Counted from the first letter of the whole stretch, positions 12,262 to 25,683 are shown. The stretch: DNA of 50,279 nt, filler included, from Jimgerdemannia flammicorona (GCA_003990765.1; 2 parts of 2 records of this genome joined end to end with filler, not necessarily neighbours in it), one strand, 5' to 3'. The notes: a model not told the origin generated them from the letters alone. Numbers and translations are program-made.

Positions 12262-15200
12262 AATATAATTTAGTAGAAGTAGTAAGAGAGAGTATAATGG
12301 GAGCCAGGAGAGAGCTGAAAGGACTGATGAGAGGGCCAAAGCCTGAGCCATAGTCAAAGAAGAAGATAAAGAGTAGTTGAAATATATATAAGAAAGATGA
12401 TAGACAAAGAACAGAGAAGATAATATATCCATTATTTATTACTATGCAAAAGAGCAGTCCTTATATATAAATACAAAGTCCTAAAAAGGAATAATATACT
12501 ATAATATAGAGATAACTGAATTAAGAACCTCATGTTATATAAAGATAAGAGGAGAGCCAATCCCAGAGTGAGTATAAAAATCAGAAACAAATAAATCCAA
12601 ATCAAGATTAAAAAACATCTACAGACTCTAGAGGAGTGAGCAGAAGTGAGGGGTGAGATCAAGCAGAGTAACCTACAGTGAGCCTGAGGTAAAGCCAAGG
12701 GTAGAGAGGAGCAGAGTGAAGACCAAGACCCTAGAGTGAGCATAAGACTCTGAAGAGGACCAGGATGTTTTTTAATCTTCTCTGGTAGAGCCAGAGGTAC
12801 TCAAAGGTAATGAAAATGCAAAATAAGAGTAATGAATAAGTGAAGAAATAGAAGAAAGGCACAAATGAGCAATAAGAGAGTGCTGAGAAAAAGATAACAG
12901 TCTATTGCATGAAAGAGAAGAGTACAGGACAGCGTCAGGACATTATATGGTCCAGTGAGCTTAATCAAATGGTATGATAAGAATTGGAAGAGAGAAAGAA
13001 GAGAGAGTACAGAAAGGATAAGAGGAGTGAGAGGGAAGAGAGGGGGGATAAAATAGAGAGAGAAAAGAAGAGCAAACAACTGACCATTCAACTGAGGCAA
13101 GCAGGTCATAAATGATAGAAATGGAGTAGACATGGTGATAGACTATGAAGTTGCTGAGAATCTGGATAGCTGATACCCAGTCAGAATGATGAGAGTAGTA
13201 TAAAGCAAGATGATAAATCTCACTGCAAATATACTTATGAAGAGTATAATAAGAATAATTGGAATAATAGTCAGAGTACTGTTAGGAAGGAGGGAATTTG
13301 AAATAAACAATAGTTCAGAAGAGAGAAAGAGAAATTGAAAGGTTCAAAAAGGAGATATCAGTCCTACTAAGTACCCATATATGTAATAGAATAATAGAGA
13401 GAGTAGATACTATGAAATATACTAGAAATATTGATGCTAGTAATAGTGAGAAAAATAAAGTTATTAATGTAATGGCAAAAGAAGATATCTCTAGCTCATA
13501 AGGCAATAGCAAGAGGTAAAGAATGATCATACAATATATGAAGTTCATGGGCCAAGCCCAATAAGATTGGCAAGGGTAGGGCATAATTTATTCCCATGGT
13601 AATATCAGTAGTTTGGTAAAAAGAGCCAAGGCTGACTTGAAGTAGTTAGAGCAGCAGAAGAGGAACATGAGCTCAATAATAGAGGCCAACACAACTGAAG
13701 AATCCAAAGGAAAGATAATAGAACTCAAGAAGTAAAAACAATCTTCAATCTTATCAAAATGAATTGTATTGTAGAAGGAGGAGAAATCACCAGAGACCAA
13801 GTGGGGAAAATAGTGAATAGGTGCAATAGTGGAATAGAGAAGTGCAAGCTTCTGAGTATCATAAAGAATAGTATACTCAGGCCTAAGATGATGCTAAAGA
13901 AGAGCATCTAAGAGAGGAAGAAACAAAACAACTATTTCAACATCTTAGTGGTAGGTAAGTAAAAAGCAGCTATAATGGGATGCTAAGCCAAAGTAGGCTT
14001 GTAAACCTTAGAAATGGTATAAAAAACTAGGAGATGAATATCTAGCAATTACAAAGAGTCCTGGAAGAAGTGAAAAACAGGAGGTGCAAACAGAGAATCC
14101 AAAAGTGAGGCAATATAAGCCAGATCAACCCAGAGAAGAGAGAGTATCTCATCTAATCCAAGGGTATGTATATGGCTTATAGGCTGTGGTATAGAGGAGA
14201 GCAGTAAGGTCACCAAGGTAAAGTGAATGGGAAATGAGGGCAAAACCTTAATTCTTATCAGTAACTATAAGCAAATGTAAATATAATTATTTGACTGATT
14301 TAATTATGGTATATACAGTATAGCCTGAAATCAGACAAGAGTAAGTACAATCTAGAAGAGTCAGTGAGTAAGCCATATCATAGAATATACAGTTAAAGAG
14401 ATATTAGAAGGAGGAACCCATTTGCTAGAATAAAAATGATAAGAGGGCAACTTAGTATAACCTTTAAAGAAGTTGGCAAGATCAAGAGTACAATTAAAGT
14501 ACTTGAGATGAGCTGGATCAATAAAGAAGAATTGGGAATAAGTTACCAGAAAGATGAAGTGAGGATCTAAAGAAAGTGCAAAAGTTTGAAGAGGGGTAAG
14601 AGGGCAGTTAGGCTAAGAGAAAGTAGGGGACAAAAGAGCCCTTGAAGAATAGCCCTGAAAATTCTAAATAATAACTGAAAAAGACAAAGGGGGGACAATA
14701 TGAGGAATCACTCAGGATATACCAGAAGTGATAATGAGATCTGAGAAGGGACTGAGATATCAGGGGAGAACCAAGCTAGGGAGAAGTTTAAAAGTAGAAG
14801 AAATTTTCCTTTACATGGACTTTTTTTGAGTAGAGTGAGATAGATGACTATGAGCAGATCCTATCTGAATGCTAGATCTTATAGCCACAGGTCTTCATGC
14901 AATATTTATACTCAGGGATACAGGGGAAATGGGACTTAGAGGAAATAATAGATGAGGAAGAGGGAGAGCAGAGATATAATGATGTCTTAGAAGAGGAGGA
15001 GATATGTAGCAGTAGCAGAAGCAGCAGCCAGTAGAGGAGTACCACCATATAGGCAGGTGGACTTGGCAGAGTGCTAATATGCTTAGTGGAGAAGGTGAGA
15101 GCAGATGGAGCAGGGCCAGAAGCCTACAGAGTGAATATCAAGAGAGTAACCATAGTGGGAGGCAGTCTTAGCAGTAGGAAAAGGAGAGTAAGAAGCCAAA

Positions 15201-16890
15201 GACTCCTTAGCAGAAGAGGTCTTGGTAGACTTAGGGTCCTTGGAAGTAGTGGTGGTAGCCTAGGATTAAACCTCAGTATAGGCAGTGGCCCAAGCCTCAG
15301 TCTAAATAGTCTCAGTGACTGAAACCTCAGAAGAAGCAGAAGAAGGAGTAGTGGCAGCAGTACAGGCAGCAGCAGTAGTATGGCTAGCCTCAGTCTCATG
15401 AAGGTGAGATAAGAAGGAATAGCTAGTGATAAGGAAATAGTGAACAGCATTAATATCTGTAGTAGCAGAAGGAATGTCATTGGCTAAAAAGCTATAGAAG
15501 AGAGCAGTATCAGCAAGATGATAGGCAGTAAGAGTCACAAAGGTAGTGTAGTCTATATGAAATTAGAGGAAGGCTATGACAGTAGCATCATATATTGCAT
15601 TAGCAGTAGCAATCTTAGTTATGACAGAAGTTTCCATGGTATTGACATCATAGTAAAGATGAGTCTTCTTGGCAGAGAGAGTTAGAATGAAATGGAACTG
15701 AGCAATAAGTAGATAGCCTGATGAGCAAAGGTCAAGAGAGAGGGAGAGATTGGCAGAGGATGTATAGGTATTAAAAGACACATTGATAGGAGAGAAGCAG
15801 GTGGAGGGGGAAACAGAAAGAGTATTTTTTATGACTGCATCAGCAGCAGGAGCCCTAGAGGCAGAAGTAGTAGCAGTAGTAATAGAGGGTGCAATGAGAG
15901 TCAGGAGAGAGCCAGAAGGACTGGTGAGAGAGCCAATATCCAAGCAGTATAGGAGGAGATACAATGGGAGCCAAGGGAGGGCTGGAAGGACTAATAAGAG
16001 GGCCAAAGCCTAAGTTATAGTTAAAGGAGAAGGAGACAGAGGGGAGGTGAGATATAAGAAAGATGAGAAATAAGAATGGACAAAGAACAGAGCAGAAATT
16101 GTATCTGTTATTTATTACTACACAAAAGCATAGTCCTTATATACAAATAAAAAGTCTCAAAAAGGAATGATATACTCCAATATAGAGATAACTGGATTAA
16201 GAACCTTATGTTATATAAAGATAAGGGAGAAGCTAATTCCAGAGAGAGAATAAAAATCAGAAATAAACAAATCCAAATTGAGATTAAAAAACATCTACAG
16301 ACTCTGGAGAGGTGAGCAGAAACAAGAAGTAGGTCAAGCAGAGTAAGCCACAGTGAGCTCAAGGTAAGGCTGAGGGGCCAAAGGTAGTTTGGGGAGAAGA
16401 GTGAAGACTGAGACCCCAGAGAGAGTGTGAGATCCTGGAGGGGACCAGGATGTTTTTTAATCTCTCTGGCAGAGCCAGAGGTATCCAAAGGTGACAAAAA
16501 TGCAAAACAAAAGTAAAGAATAAGTGAAGAAATAGAAGGAAGATATGAACAAGCAATAAGAGAGTACTAAGAAAGAGATGACAGTCTATTGAATAAAAGA
16601 GAAGAGCACAGGACAGCATCAGGACATTATATGGTCCAGTGAGCTTGATTAAATAGTATGACAAGAATTGGGGGAGAGAAAGAAGAGAGGGTATAGAGGG
16701 AGTAAGGGGGGAGAGAGTGAAGAGAGAGGGAGTAAGAGAGAGAGAGAAGAGAAGAGCAAACAATAGACCATTCAACTGAGGCAAGCAGACTACGAATAAT
16801 AGAAATGGAGTAGACATAATAATGGACCCAAAAGTCACTAATAACTCAGACAGCTGACACCTAGTCAGAATGATGGGAGCAGAAAGTAAA
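12262..16890 (-). mobile_element. Penelope-like retroelement (probably endonuclease-deficient) with ~0.93-kb terminal direct repeats
   Basis: Minus-strand RT motifs FYTISKVYKP..*HPII, GDFSSFYNTI, ITMGINYALPLANL, and a thumb-like YFK..YYSNYS...SEIYHL. 12262-13200 repeats 15935-16890. Confidence 0.8.
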
Positions 16891-16911
16891 ACAACAAACT
16901 ATGACATATGT

Positions 16912-18902
16912 TTTTCTCTGATAACATTTGGATTACACAAACTTCTGTCAATACTCAAGACTTTATTTTTGGAAAAAAAGTACTAGTAACATGGTGACTA
17001 ATGAATATTCCAAGGTGTGTGCAGGGCAGGGTGGCCCTATTGTATTTAACTGGCAGCATGTGGGGAGGAGTCATAGCTTGGGGGGAAGTATGTGGAGATT
17101 GCTGGCTGGAGGACATAGAAGGAGAGGAGGCAGTACTGGGGGACAGGGGACTAAGAGGATGAGCTTCACAGATAAGGTGAAGAGAGGTCATCTGATGTCT
17201 GGACTGGAGGGCTGACTAAGGAAGGACAAGGAGATAGCAAGGGCTGCTGGGTCTGGGGGAGTGGCTCAGAGCAGCAAGGGTAGCAGAGCTGGAGAAGTAG
17301 TGGCTGGAGGAAGCAGGACTGCTGATGGCAAGAAGACTGCTAATTTGGCAGAAAATCCAGATGTGATGGTTGATGACAGATCTGAACAGGGGGTAGACAT
17401 GAGGTCTGGGGATCTGACAGATGGTGTAATGGGCCTGGTGGCAACACTATTACTCAAGAAATTGAGGCCAGAATTTGCCATCACATTGTATTTCTGGAGC
17501 TTAGCAGTGACTGCTAGAATGATTCTGGAGCTTCTGGCCCAGGAGGTAAAGGGAGCTACCTTGGTGAAGTTTTTGAAAGAGCTGGAAGGAGTGGAGGTTA
17601 GATTTGAGAAGGAAGATATACTGTTGGAGATGATGGAGAAGGGGGTAGTGGTGGGGGGGGGGTGGCAATCCCTATGGCCAGGTGCTTATGTTGAGACCCC
17701 TGAGTAGTGTAATTGATAGTAATAGATATTCCTATGGTATTTGAAGGAGGTAGCCAGGAGACTGATTGTAGAGGTCATCAAGGAGTATGGGAATATCATA
17801 GATGTTGGTTTTTGGGTCTGAGAAGGTATGGAGTTCAGGAAAGAAGATGTAGATATCAGGGTATAGCTGGTAGATAAAGAGAATATGGAGAGAGCATGGG
17901 ACTAGCCAGTGATACTCAAATGGAGATCAGTGGAGTGTGAAATCTCTAGAGTGAAAGGGATGCAGGAAGAGGAAGAGGACTTACTAGAGGCATTGGAAGA
18001 TCTGGCTAGAGCTGTTGAGAGGAGATGACTGGTCTGGAAGAAGTTTGAGGCTAAGATTATAGTGGAGACTATGAATGGTAAGAAGGTGAGGCTAGACTGG
18101 ACAGCCTGGGAGAGGGCACAGGGGAGGTATATTCAGAAGGACCTGTTGGGGAAGTTGGAAGGAGGGGGGGCCAGGGGGACCACTATGGAAGATACTGGAT
18201 CAAGGGCAAGTACCTGGGTTAGAGAGAAAGAAGCAGCTCCAGGGGTGATCCAGGGGGAGAGAGGTGGCTCTGGGTTGAGTGTTATCATGAAGGATATAGA
18301 GATAGTTGAGGGGGAGCACCCTCAATATAGTGTGTCAGGTGGGGCTACTGGTAAGAATGAATTGTAGGATGTGCTGGAGGAGGATTGGGATGAGTTAGTG
18401 GAAAGAAAGACAGAGGGTGGGCAGGCAGAGAGGGGGAAGAGAGTGGCCCAGAGAGTTGAGGAGACAGTGGATGAGGAGAAATGATTATGAAAAATACTTG
18501 AGAACATAGTGGTAGAGGAGCTGGGGGGGGAGGACTTTCAGGTACTAAGTGAGAGACACTGGGCTGAAATTCTACATGGTGAGGAGATACCAAGGAAACT
18601 CTGAGATGAGATAATAGCAGCCTTGCTAGAAGGGAAGATATATCAAGTAGACGATGACAGAGAGGCAGTACTTCTGGCAATTGTGAATGATTGGACTGCT
18701 TATATATTAGATCTAAGGAAAGGGTTGGCAAAGTAGCAGGTAGTGTGTAAGGAATATCAAATGGAGATAGAAGCTGTAGATGGTACAGAATGTTAGGAAA
18801 TCTTGACAGTACTGGATACTCAGTAGAGAGAGACAGATAAGCTTGAAATAGAGAGGAACCTGGATATTGCTGGCAAAAAGATGAGTATGGAATTGTAGGG
18901 TG
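16912..18902 (+). mobile_element. L1/Tx1-like LINE copy 2 (diverged subfamily; 5' UTR + ORF1 only)
   Basis: LLKKLRPEFAITLYF..TARMIL and other ORF1 blocks are homologous to 44857-46440. Shared 5' end ttttctctgataacatt. Confidence 0.88.
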
Positions 18903-19510
18903 GCTTGGAGTTGCCCCTATACTGCTAGCAGAGGGCCACAAATTTTGTGCACTCCCTCCACTAACTTTACTGACCCCTGGCCCAGGTACAGGCTGCTTGG
19001 AGGTACTCCATACAGCTGGTAGAGGGCTGCAAATTTTGTGTACTCCCTCTGCCAACCACTCTGTCCCAAACACTATAGCTTGGGGTTGCCCCTTACTACC
19101 AGTGGAGGGCTACAAATTTTACATACTCTCTCTGCCAACTCCATGCCCACTGACCCAGGTACTGACAGCTTGGGGCTGCCCCTTACTGCTGGTAGAGGGC
19201 TGCAAATTTTGTGTATTCTCTCTGCCTACCTCATCCCCTCCACCTACCCTGCCCCCTCTGTCTATCCCACCCCCTCTACCTACCCCCCCATTCCAGTTAC
19301 TTGTAGCTTAGGACTACTCCTTACTGCTGGCAGAGGGCTGCAAATTTTGTGTACTCTCTCTACTAACCCTGTGCCCACCAGCTCTGCCTACTGACCCAGG
19401 TACTGATAGCTTGGGGCTGCCCCTACTGCTGGCAAAGGGCTGCAAATTTTGTATGCTCCCTCCACCACTGCCAACCCTACTGACCACTGCCCCAACTTGG
19501 GCTGCAAACT
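18903..19510. repeat. Degenerate tandem array: six ~55-bp cores (gcttggggctgccccttactgctggtagagggctgcaaattttgtgtactc) with variable C-rich linkers
   Basis: Cores begin near 18903, 18995, 19078, 19168, 19306 and 19409. Confidence 0.9.
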
Positions 19511-19896
19511 CTGGGCCAAGTTCTAAGTTTTTTTTTATCTCTTTTATTTTTGAAGTATTAAATAGTCTACAAGGCCAATTTAACTCATCTATGAATTCCA
19601 GGACTCACTAAATTTTAGTGGCCCAAGCCCCACCAAGATTTCAGACACATATATATCTGGATTGTCTCAGTATTCAGTACATACCTCTTAGGGGCAATGA
19701 GATTCACCCTACCTAAGAATACCTGCTTGATGGGAGCACTAGAGGCAGGAATTGCCAGATAGTTCTAAGCCATATCACATAGGCTGGAAAAGTCTGTTTG
19801 ATACAGCTATACACCCTGGTAGGTAGGGCAGTGGTTAGAATGGTGGATTAAATTGGTCCAACACAACCAACTACCTGTTTGACAACCTATCTTCTA

Positions 19897-22536
19897 TCAG
19901 TTGAGTACCTCTGCACCCTCCAGCAGGATCATGTGGTTGCTGGTGAGATAAATAGTAAGTTTGTCTATTAACAGCAGCTCTTTCGCTGATGACTCCCTCT
20001 TCCTCTTTCTGCTGAAGTAAATGTGAGACAGGAGGGATCCCTTGGCATATTTGTCTGGACTTTGGCTAGAACCTTGCAGTGACATGTAGTTTTTCTGGTA
20101 TGTTTCAATTATAGTCTACTTGGTTCTCTCAATGAAGTACTGCTCTCAGCTCTGATCTTTATGATATTTTAGCTTTAAGCATAGGTCCAACACTGTTCAG
20201 AGAAAGAGAGTGAGTTTTTGCAAAGTTTCTCTGTTTTTGGAAGGGAAAATAGCCATATGCCAACATATCTATACTGATTGAGTATACAGTGATATCTGTT
20301 TTAAAGTAGTATTTTCTGAGCTTGCTTAGAGCAACCTCTATGGCATCTCTCTGATCTGGGCTTAACCATAAATCACTGTAACCCTCCAGCCTATCCTCAA
20401 GCTTATCCTCTAGCCAGTCAATCAGAAGGTTATATATTGGTATTGTAGAGCTTATTGTTGAGGTCATTTGTTTGACTATATCCTTTGTATAATCATTGAA
20501 ACACTGGCAGTTATGTGTGGTGAGGTATTACATTGTGCTGAGGTAGACAAAATGACTGTGGGGTCAGAGCAATTACCACTTACTTCCAAAACTCTGACAA
20601 CATTTCTAAGTATGTCCCACTTGCTTTCACCTAGAGCCTTACCCTACATTTTCTTATTGGTAGCTACTATGAAATCTATTGGCTTTTTTTGTTTTGTTTT
20701 TTGTTTTTTTTTTTTTAAAAAAAAATCTTTAATCATCTAAAACAAGTTGCTTCAGCTGACCAAAGAATAAAGAATACATACTATAGCAAACTCAAGAGCA
20801 TACTGGATCATTGCAAATGTTGAGTTCCAACATATATAGACATCTAATAGATTGCTCTATACTGTATAGTGAATTTGTCTTATTATTATAGGGACAATCA
20901 GACCAACACAACCAGTTTGTGCAGCTTGGAAACTATACTCAGGGCCCCTCTTCTCTCAGATGTTTTGTCTACATACATAAGATAGTTCTGAACAGTGAGG
21001 TTCAGTATGTGAGCCTGGCATTATATATGGTAGCTTTCTATACTGAAGACCACATTTTTCTATTTGAGGCTGGCTGCTAAAACTTGGAAAAATGTTGAGT
21101 TGTTTGTGGTATTGTCTGTCATAATGGTCAAAATCTGTACTTGAAATATTTGGTCAGCAGATTTATGTAAAAATAAATAACTAATAAAATCTATTTTGTT
21201 TTAGAATCTCCTTCAAAATACTGACCTAATGGTAAGCCTCTCTTTTTTACCTTGGTTGTGATCCCAAGCTCCTGGATACAACTAATAAAAGCATCTGTGA
21301 TATTATCTCCAGAATGAGGGCCAGTAAGTTTGATGAAGTCAAGGGTGAGAGATTTAAGCTGTCAATTAAAGTCAATCCAATGATCAGTAATGCCCAAAAA
21401 TGAAATTACATTGGGGGATATTTATGTGTTAATTATAAATGAAATTTTGTCTGCCAAATTCTACTTATTAAATATGAGATTAAATTGGTGAGCTCTTTAT
21501 AAATATATATATATAATTTAGCTTATAAAGGTCATAGTGCTGTCCTTATTTATTTATTTTACCTAAAGTGTCTGGTGGAGATTATCATGCTCCTTTCTAT
21601 AGGCCTCCAGGACATCTTTGCAAATAGTATTGGTACTTGGCAAATATAAATCATGCTTGAGAAGACCAAAGATTCTATGTAATTGATCACTCTCAATGGT
21701 TGTAAATAGTTGGTCTGTACATACAATCCAGTGAATAAGCTGATTTCGAAATTCTGCCAAAGAGTATAGCTAAATATTTTTGATTAAATGGGGTTGTTGA
21801 TACAGAAATAGTCAGATAATTAGATAAACATATCCACTATAACTTGGATATCAATTTTATTTATCTCTATGTTCTTTTTGATTTTGTCAGAGTACTTATC
21901 TTTTATGTATCAATATATATTCAAAGTTGAACTACTAAGTATTTTGAACTTCTGGCTGTGTAGTTTATAGAGGTAGATAAAACAGTATCATGTATATGTC
22001 AAACCAAAGTATCAGTTATATTATAGATATATCTTCTTTTTTTTAAAAAATTTTTATCTGCAATAGTTACAAATAATATCATCTTTTGTCTTAGCACAAT
22101 GTTACCAGATTTTGGAGTAAGGATTACATGGAAAGTGTGGAACTATTGGGGATGTTTAACTTGAAGTATTATCAGTACTCTGAACTGTTAAAGACTGATC
22201 TGTCAATATATATTTGTATATGCATGCATGTGTGTTTGTATGTATATTTGCATATATATATATTGTATATATGGATGTGTCTGATATATAAGTTATATGG
22301 AGGATTTGGATTGGAGGATTCAGATTGGAGAATTTGGATTGGAGGATTTGATTGAAGGATTCAGATGAGGATTCGGATTGAAGGATTTGAATTAGAGGAT
22401 TTGAATTAGAGGATTTTAATTGGAGGATTTGGATTGAGTGATTTGGATTAAGTAATTTGGATTGAGTGGTTCGGATGGGATGGTTCAGATAAGGTAGTTT
22501 GGATGAGTAATTCAAATTGACTCATTCAGAGTACTA
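19897..22536 (-). mobile_element. hAT-superfamily DNA transposon with decayed, intron-containing transposase; only the 5' TIR found
   Basis: LIHWIVCTDQLFTTIE, SFLGITDHWID, LTGPHSGDNI, TDNTTNN, CQAHILNL, WNSTFAM, KLRKYY. GT..AG introns (e.g. ~21137-21226). The end reads tagtactctgaatgag on minus at 22536. Confidence 0.88.
22279..22505. repeat. Subterminal short tandem repeats (ggaggatttggatt, 10-14 bp) of the hAT element
   Basis: Directly visible array ending about 30 bp inside the TIR. Confidence 0.9.
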
Positions 22537-22559
22537 GATATATGGCTAATTTATGATTT

Positions 22560-24200
22560 TAGTGAGATAATTCTATTACTTATCATAATAGATATAGTTA
22601 TTGATAAAAAGGCAAGATAGCTATTTAGCCTTACTGAGAGTAGTTTGTTAGTAGATAATTTATTCTATTTCATAATATTCTTTCAGTTCTTGTTGATAGT
22701 GGAAAGTTTGAAAGTATTAAATTTTTCCAAGATATTATTAGGCTTCATTTGGATTCAGACTTTCAGAAATTTATATATTGATAGAAGACAATTGAGTAGA
22801 GATTTATTACTATTCAATAGTTATAAGAATAATATAGCAATCTTATTCTCAATTTGTTCTTAGTGTTTTTATTAGTTATTTATATTATTAGTAAGTTATT
22901 TATATAATGTTTAAGAGTATTTTATATTTGTCTTATTAGAAATATAATATTTCTATTATATTATATATTTATATTAGATTACTATTTTTTCTATATTTGA
23001 TAGAAGATTATCTTCTTTTCATTTTACTAGATAATATTTATAAACTAGTATAATAAAACTATATATTGATAGAATTAATATATTACAGATAATTAAAGAT
23101 AACTATCAACCCTAAGTCCTAAGTTTTTAAGAAAGTAAAAAGTTCTAATTACCTATTACAGCAGAGTTCAGGTATCACTTTCAGATTCTTGTACTAGTGG
23201 AAGTATTGTGCTTATATTCTAAGTTGATCAGACTCAGAATTATTAACAAATTAGATCTGAGAATTTTGTAATAAGAATACTACTTGATTCTTATATTTAG
23301 AGAAAGTAGAGCTAATATTACAATATACTTATATAAAGAATATTTATACATATTTGAAGACTATGATTAAATATAGTATACTGGATATATCTATACTACT
23401 TTGAGTAACCATGACTACTAGTTAGAAATTCTGTAGAAATTTCTATAGGAATTTCTATAGGAATTTTCAGAGGCTTATAGATATATGTAATGATTTATTA
23501 TATTTTTCTCTTCTTTGCTTGAGTCTACTCATTAGACTTAGTACTAAACTCTAGATACTTATTAAATTGAAGGACAGTATACTAAACTACTTGAAAACAA
23601 TTTTGCTCTATTATTAATTACTCAAATTGACAATATTCTCAAGAGATACTCTATAGAGATGATTAAGGACTTGGGGTTGAATGCAGAAAAGGACATAGAG
23701 TCTTTTAGCAACTATATAAGTATAGTTATCAATGAAAAGATGAGCTCATTGTTTGGTGATACTGAGGGTAGCTTATTGATAGATGAGAAATCTTATCTCA
23801 TAGTACTTCTTAAGTTTTTATTAGTAGCAAAAAGTCTAGAAGTATTAGATCCTTCTAAGATATAGTTGAGCTTCATTTGGGTCAGAGTCTCTAGTAATTT
23901 ATATATTATGTAATAAATAGTAGTTCAGTAAAATTCTATTAATATTTGATTACTCTAAAGATAGTAGTAGCATTTTGTTCTTAACTTATTCTCAGTATTA
24001 TTGCTAGATACTTATATTGGGGGGAGTAGGTTATCTATATAGAATTTTTTTTTGGATATTTATACTTTTCTTCACTAGAGTTATTTAGAGATATAACTGT
24101 CTTTTGAAAATTCTGTCAGAATTTTATTATACTAGATATCTATATTAGATTACTACTTCTTCTGTATTTGGTAAAAGATTGTCTTTCTTTTTCTAGATAG
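22560..24200 (-). mobile_element. Two more family D fragments: internal piece 22560-23048; LTR 23049-23502 + PPT + accessory ORF to ~24200
   Basis: 23049-23910 aligns to 11406-12260, and 22590-23040 aligns to ~23715-24200. Confidence 0.78.
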
Positions 24201-24229
24201 TATTATACTTGGGATATTTTTCCATTTTA

Positions 24230-24960
24230 TAAGATAGTATTAGGTAGACTTAGTAGCTTGTTCAAATTAGCAATCCTTATAATCCAAGATGTCATATAAT
24301 TTATATTCTAGTTGCTGATCAATAATTACTAAATCTAGAGATAGTATAGTTCTTTCTTTAAAGATATTTAAAGTATATGGCTGAAGTTGAAATATATAAA
24401 ATACTGGGTAAATTCTTCCTTCTGATTCTTTCATTCATCAATTAAGAATTTTTTTTTCTATTTCTTATAACAGAAATAATACATATTTATATATAGATCT
24501 AAGGCTGAAGCTATACTATATAAAGTATTATCTTATAGTAATACTTTAGAAGTTTGGTATATATATTCTTAGTAGCATTAAGTATTATCTATAAAAAAAT
24601 AAAAAATAAAATTAAAATATATATATATTATTTTTCAATTACTTACTAAATTAGTTTCTAAATTTATAAATAAAATTACTTTCAAAATTATATATATACC
24701 TAATTAAAATATTCACCAGTTCAATATGTATCAATAATAGCTACTATTATAGGATACTTTTAAGTTAATATTATAGTTATCACCTTGATAAAAGACTTAA
24801 GAAATTGGCAAATCAATTCAAATCATTACTATGTATTTTCAGATATATAACTTAGTTATTTATCTATAGTACACAATATATCCAAACTCTATTTAGATAT
24901 AATATTAATTTATTTAATACTAAAATACTTCTGAATTATATTTTAAATTATATTTGAAAT
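24230..24960 (-). pseudogene. Possible very decayed hAT transposase C-terminal remnant
   Basis: Weak minus-strand motifs FELICQFLKSF and LLKYY...ALDL. Very AT-rich. Confidence 0.35.
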
Positions 24961-24968
24961 CTATACAA

Positions 24969-25096
24969 TGTGACGGTACAGCCGAATTTGGAAGAAGGAA
25001 ATAGGGAATAGACACTTGATCGCACCCATTCCCAAAGTAGTATAGCCTTATAGTTAGCAGTCCTCGATTTCGACATTGTCTAATTTCTTAGACATT
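24969..25096. repeat. Probable edge of a young LTR, cut by the gap
   Basis: Abrupt switch to CpG-containing sequence starting TGTGACGG. It does not match the Copia LTR beyond the gap. Confidence 0.45.
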
Positions 25097-25196
25097 NNNN
25101 NNNNNNNNNNNNNNNNNNNNNNNNNNNNNNNNNNNNNNNNTTAATTAATTAANNNNNNNNNNNNNNNNNNNNNNNNNNNNNNNNNNNNNNNNNNNN
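25097..25196. other. Assembly gap / artificial linker (44 N + TTAATTAATTAA + 44 N)
   Basis: Symmetrical 100-bp spacer containing stops in all six frames. Confidence 0.95.
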
Positions 25197-25683
25197 GCGG
25201 CTTCCAGTAGTCCGCCAAGCCACATTCGATAAGGAGATTCTTCATATGATAGGCCCAGATTGCGTAATCTTTCCCGTCGAAGACAGGGATGGACCTCTTG
25301 GACGTTTGCACTGTCGTAATAGCTGCTGGGGCTGGAATTGACGTCGTCGTGATGGTCGTAGTAGTTGCCGCTGGGGCTGTTCCGGTACCCGTTCCGGTAC
25401 CCGTTCCGGCACCCACCGAGGGACTCCCTGGCGTATTCGACATCTCTTTTGTGCATAGAGTAGTGTAGTGTATATTAAAGAGGTGTTTTGGTTAGCCACT
25501 AACCGGGGCTCATAACCTATTGTGAAATACTGGAATTTGAGGGATAAAGGAGCAATCTTTATTGATATGCGCGAAGCACGTATTTACGCGTTGATGACGT
25601 TTCCACTGATGACGTCCTCACACGTGAGCTGTGCCACCTTCACGTGAGCTACATACCGAGTTGATTAGCTAGAAATCTCAACA
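25197..25683 (-). mobile_element. Young Ty1/Copia retrotransposon 5' end (LTR 25521-25683, PBS, gag start at 25443)
   Basis: 163-bp TG...CA LTR, PBS GGTTATGAGCCC, gag IPVFDGKDYAIWAYHMKNLL..CGL. CpGs are retained. Confidence 0.9.

Noticed and set aside
12324..12345. CTGATGAG hammerhead ribozyme core in the PLE repeat
   Set aside because: It is antisense to the element, has no downstream GAAA with supporting stems, and is not conserved in the second copy (ctaataag).
12226..13907. Hydrophobic Leu/Phe-rich ORFs resembling membrane proteins
   Set aside because: They are mostly off-frame readings of the pyrimidine-rich, C->T-decayed PLE strand.
18345..19073. 242-aa minus-strand ORF and similar Pro/Ser-rich antisense ORFs in the LINEs
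   Set aside because: They are antisense to G-rich LINE sequence, this one spans an element junction, and they are not conserved between LINE copies.
18903..19510. CRISPR-like repeat-spacer pattern
   Set aside because: The repeats are long and degenerate, the linkers resemble each other (ctgacccaggtac), there are no cas genes, and the context is eukaryotic.
22128..22515. ORFs 22128-22355 and 22156-22515
   Set aside because: They are translation artefacts of short tandem repeats.
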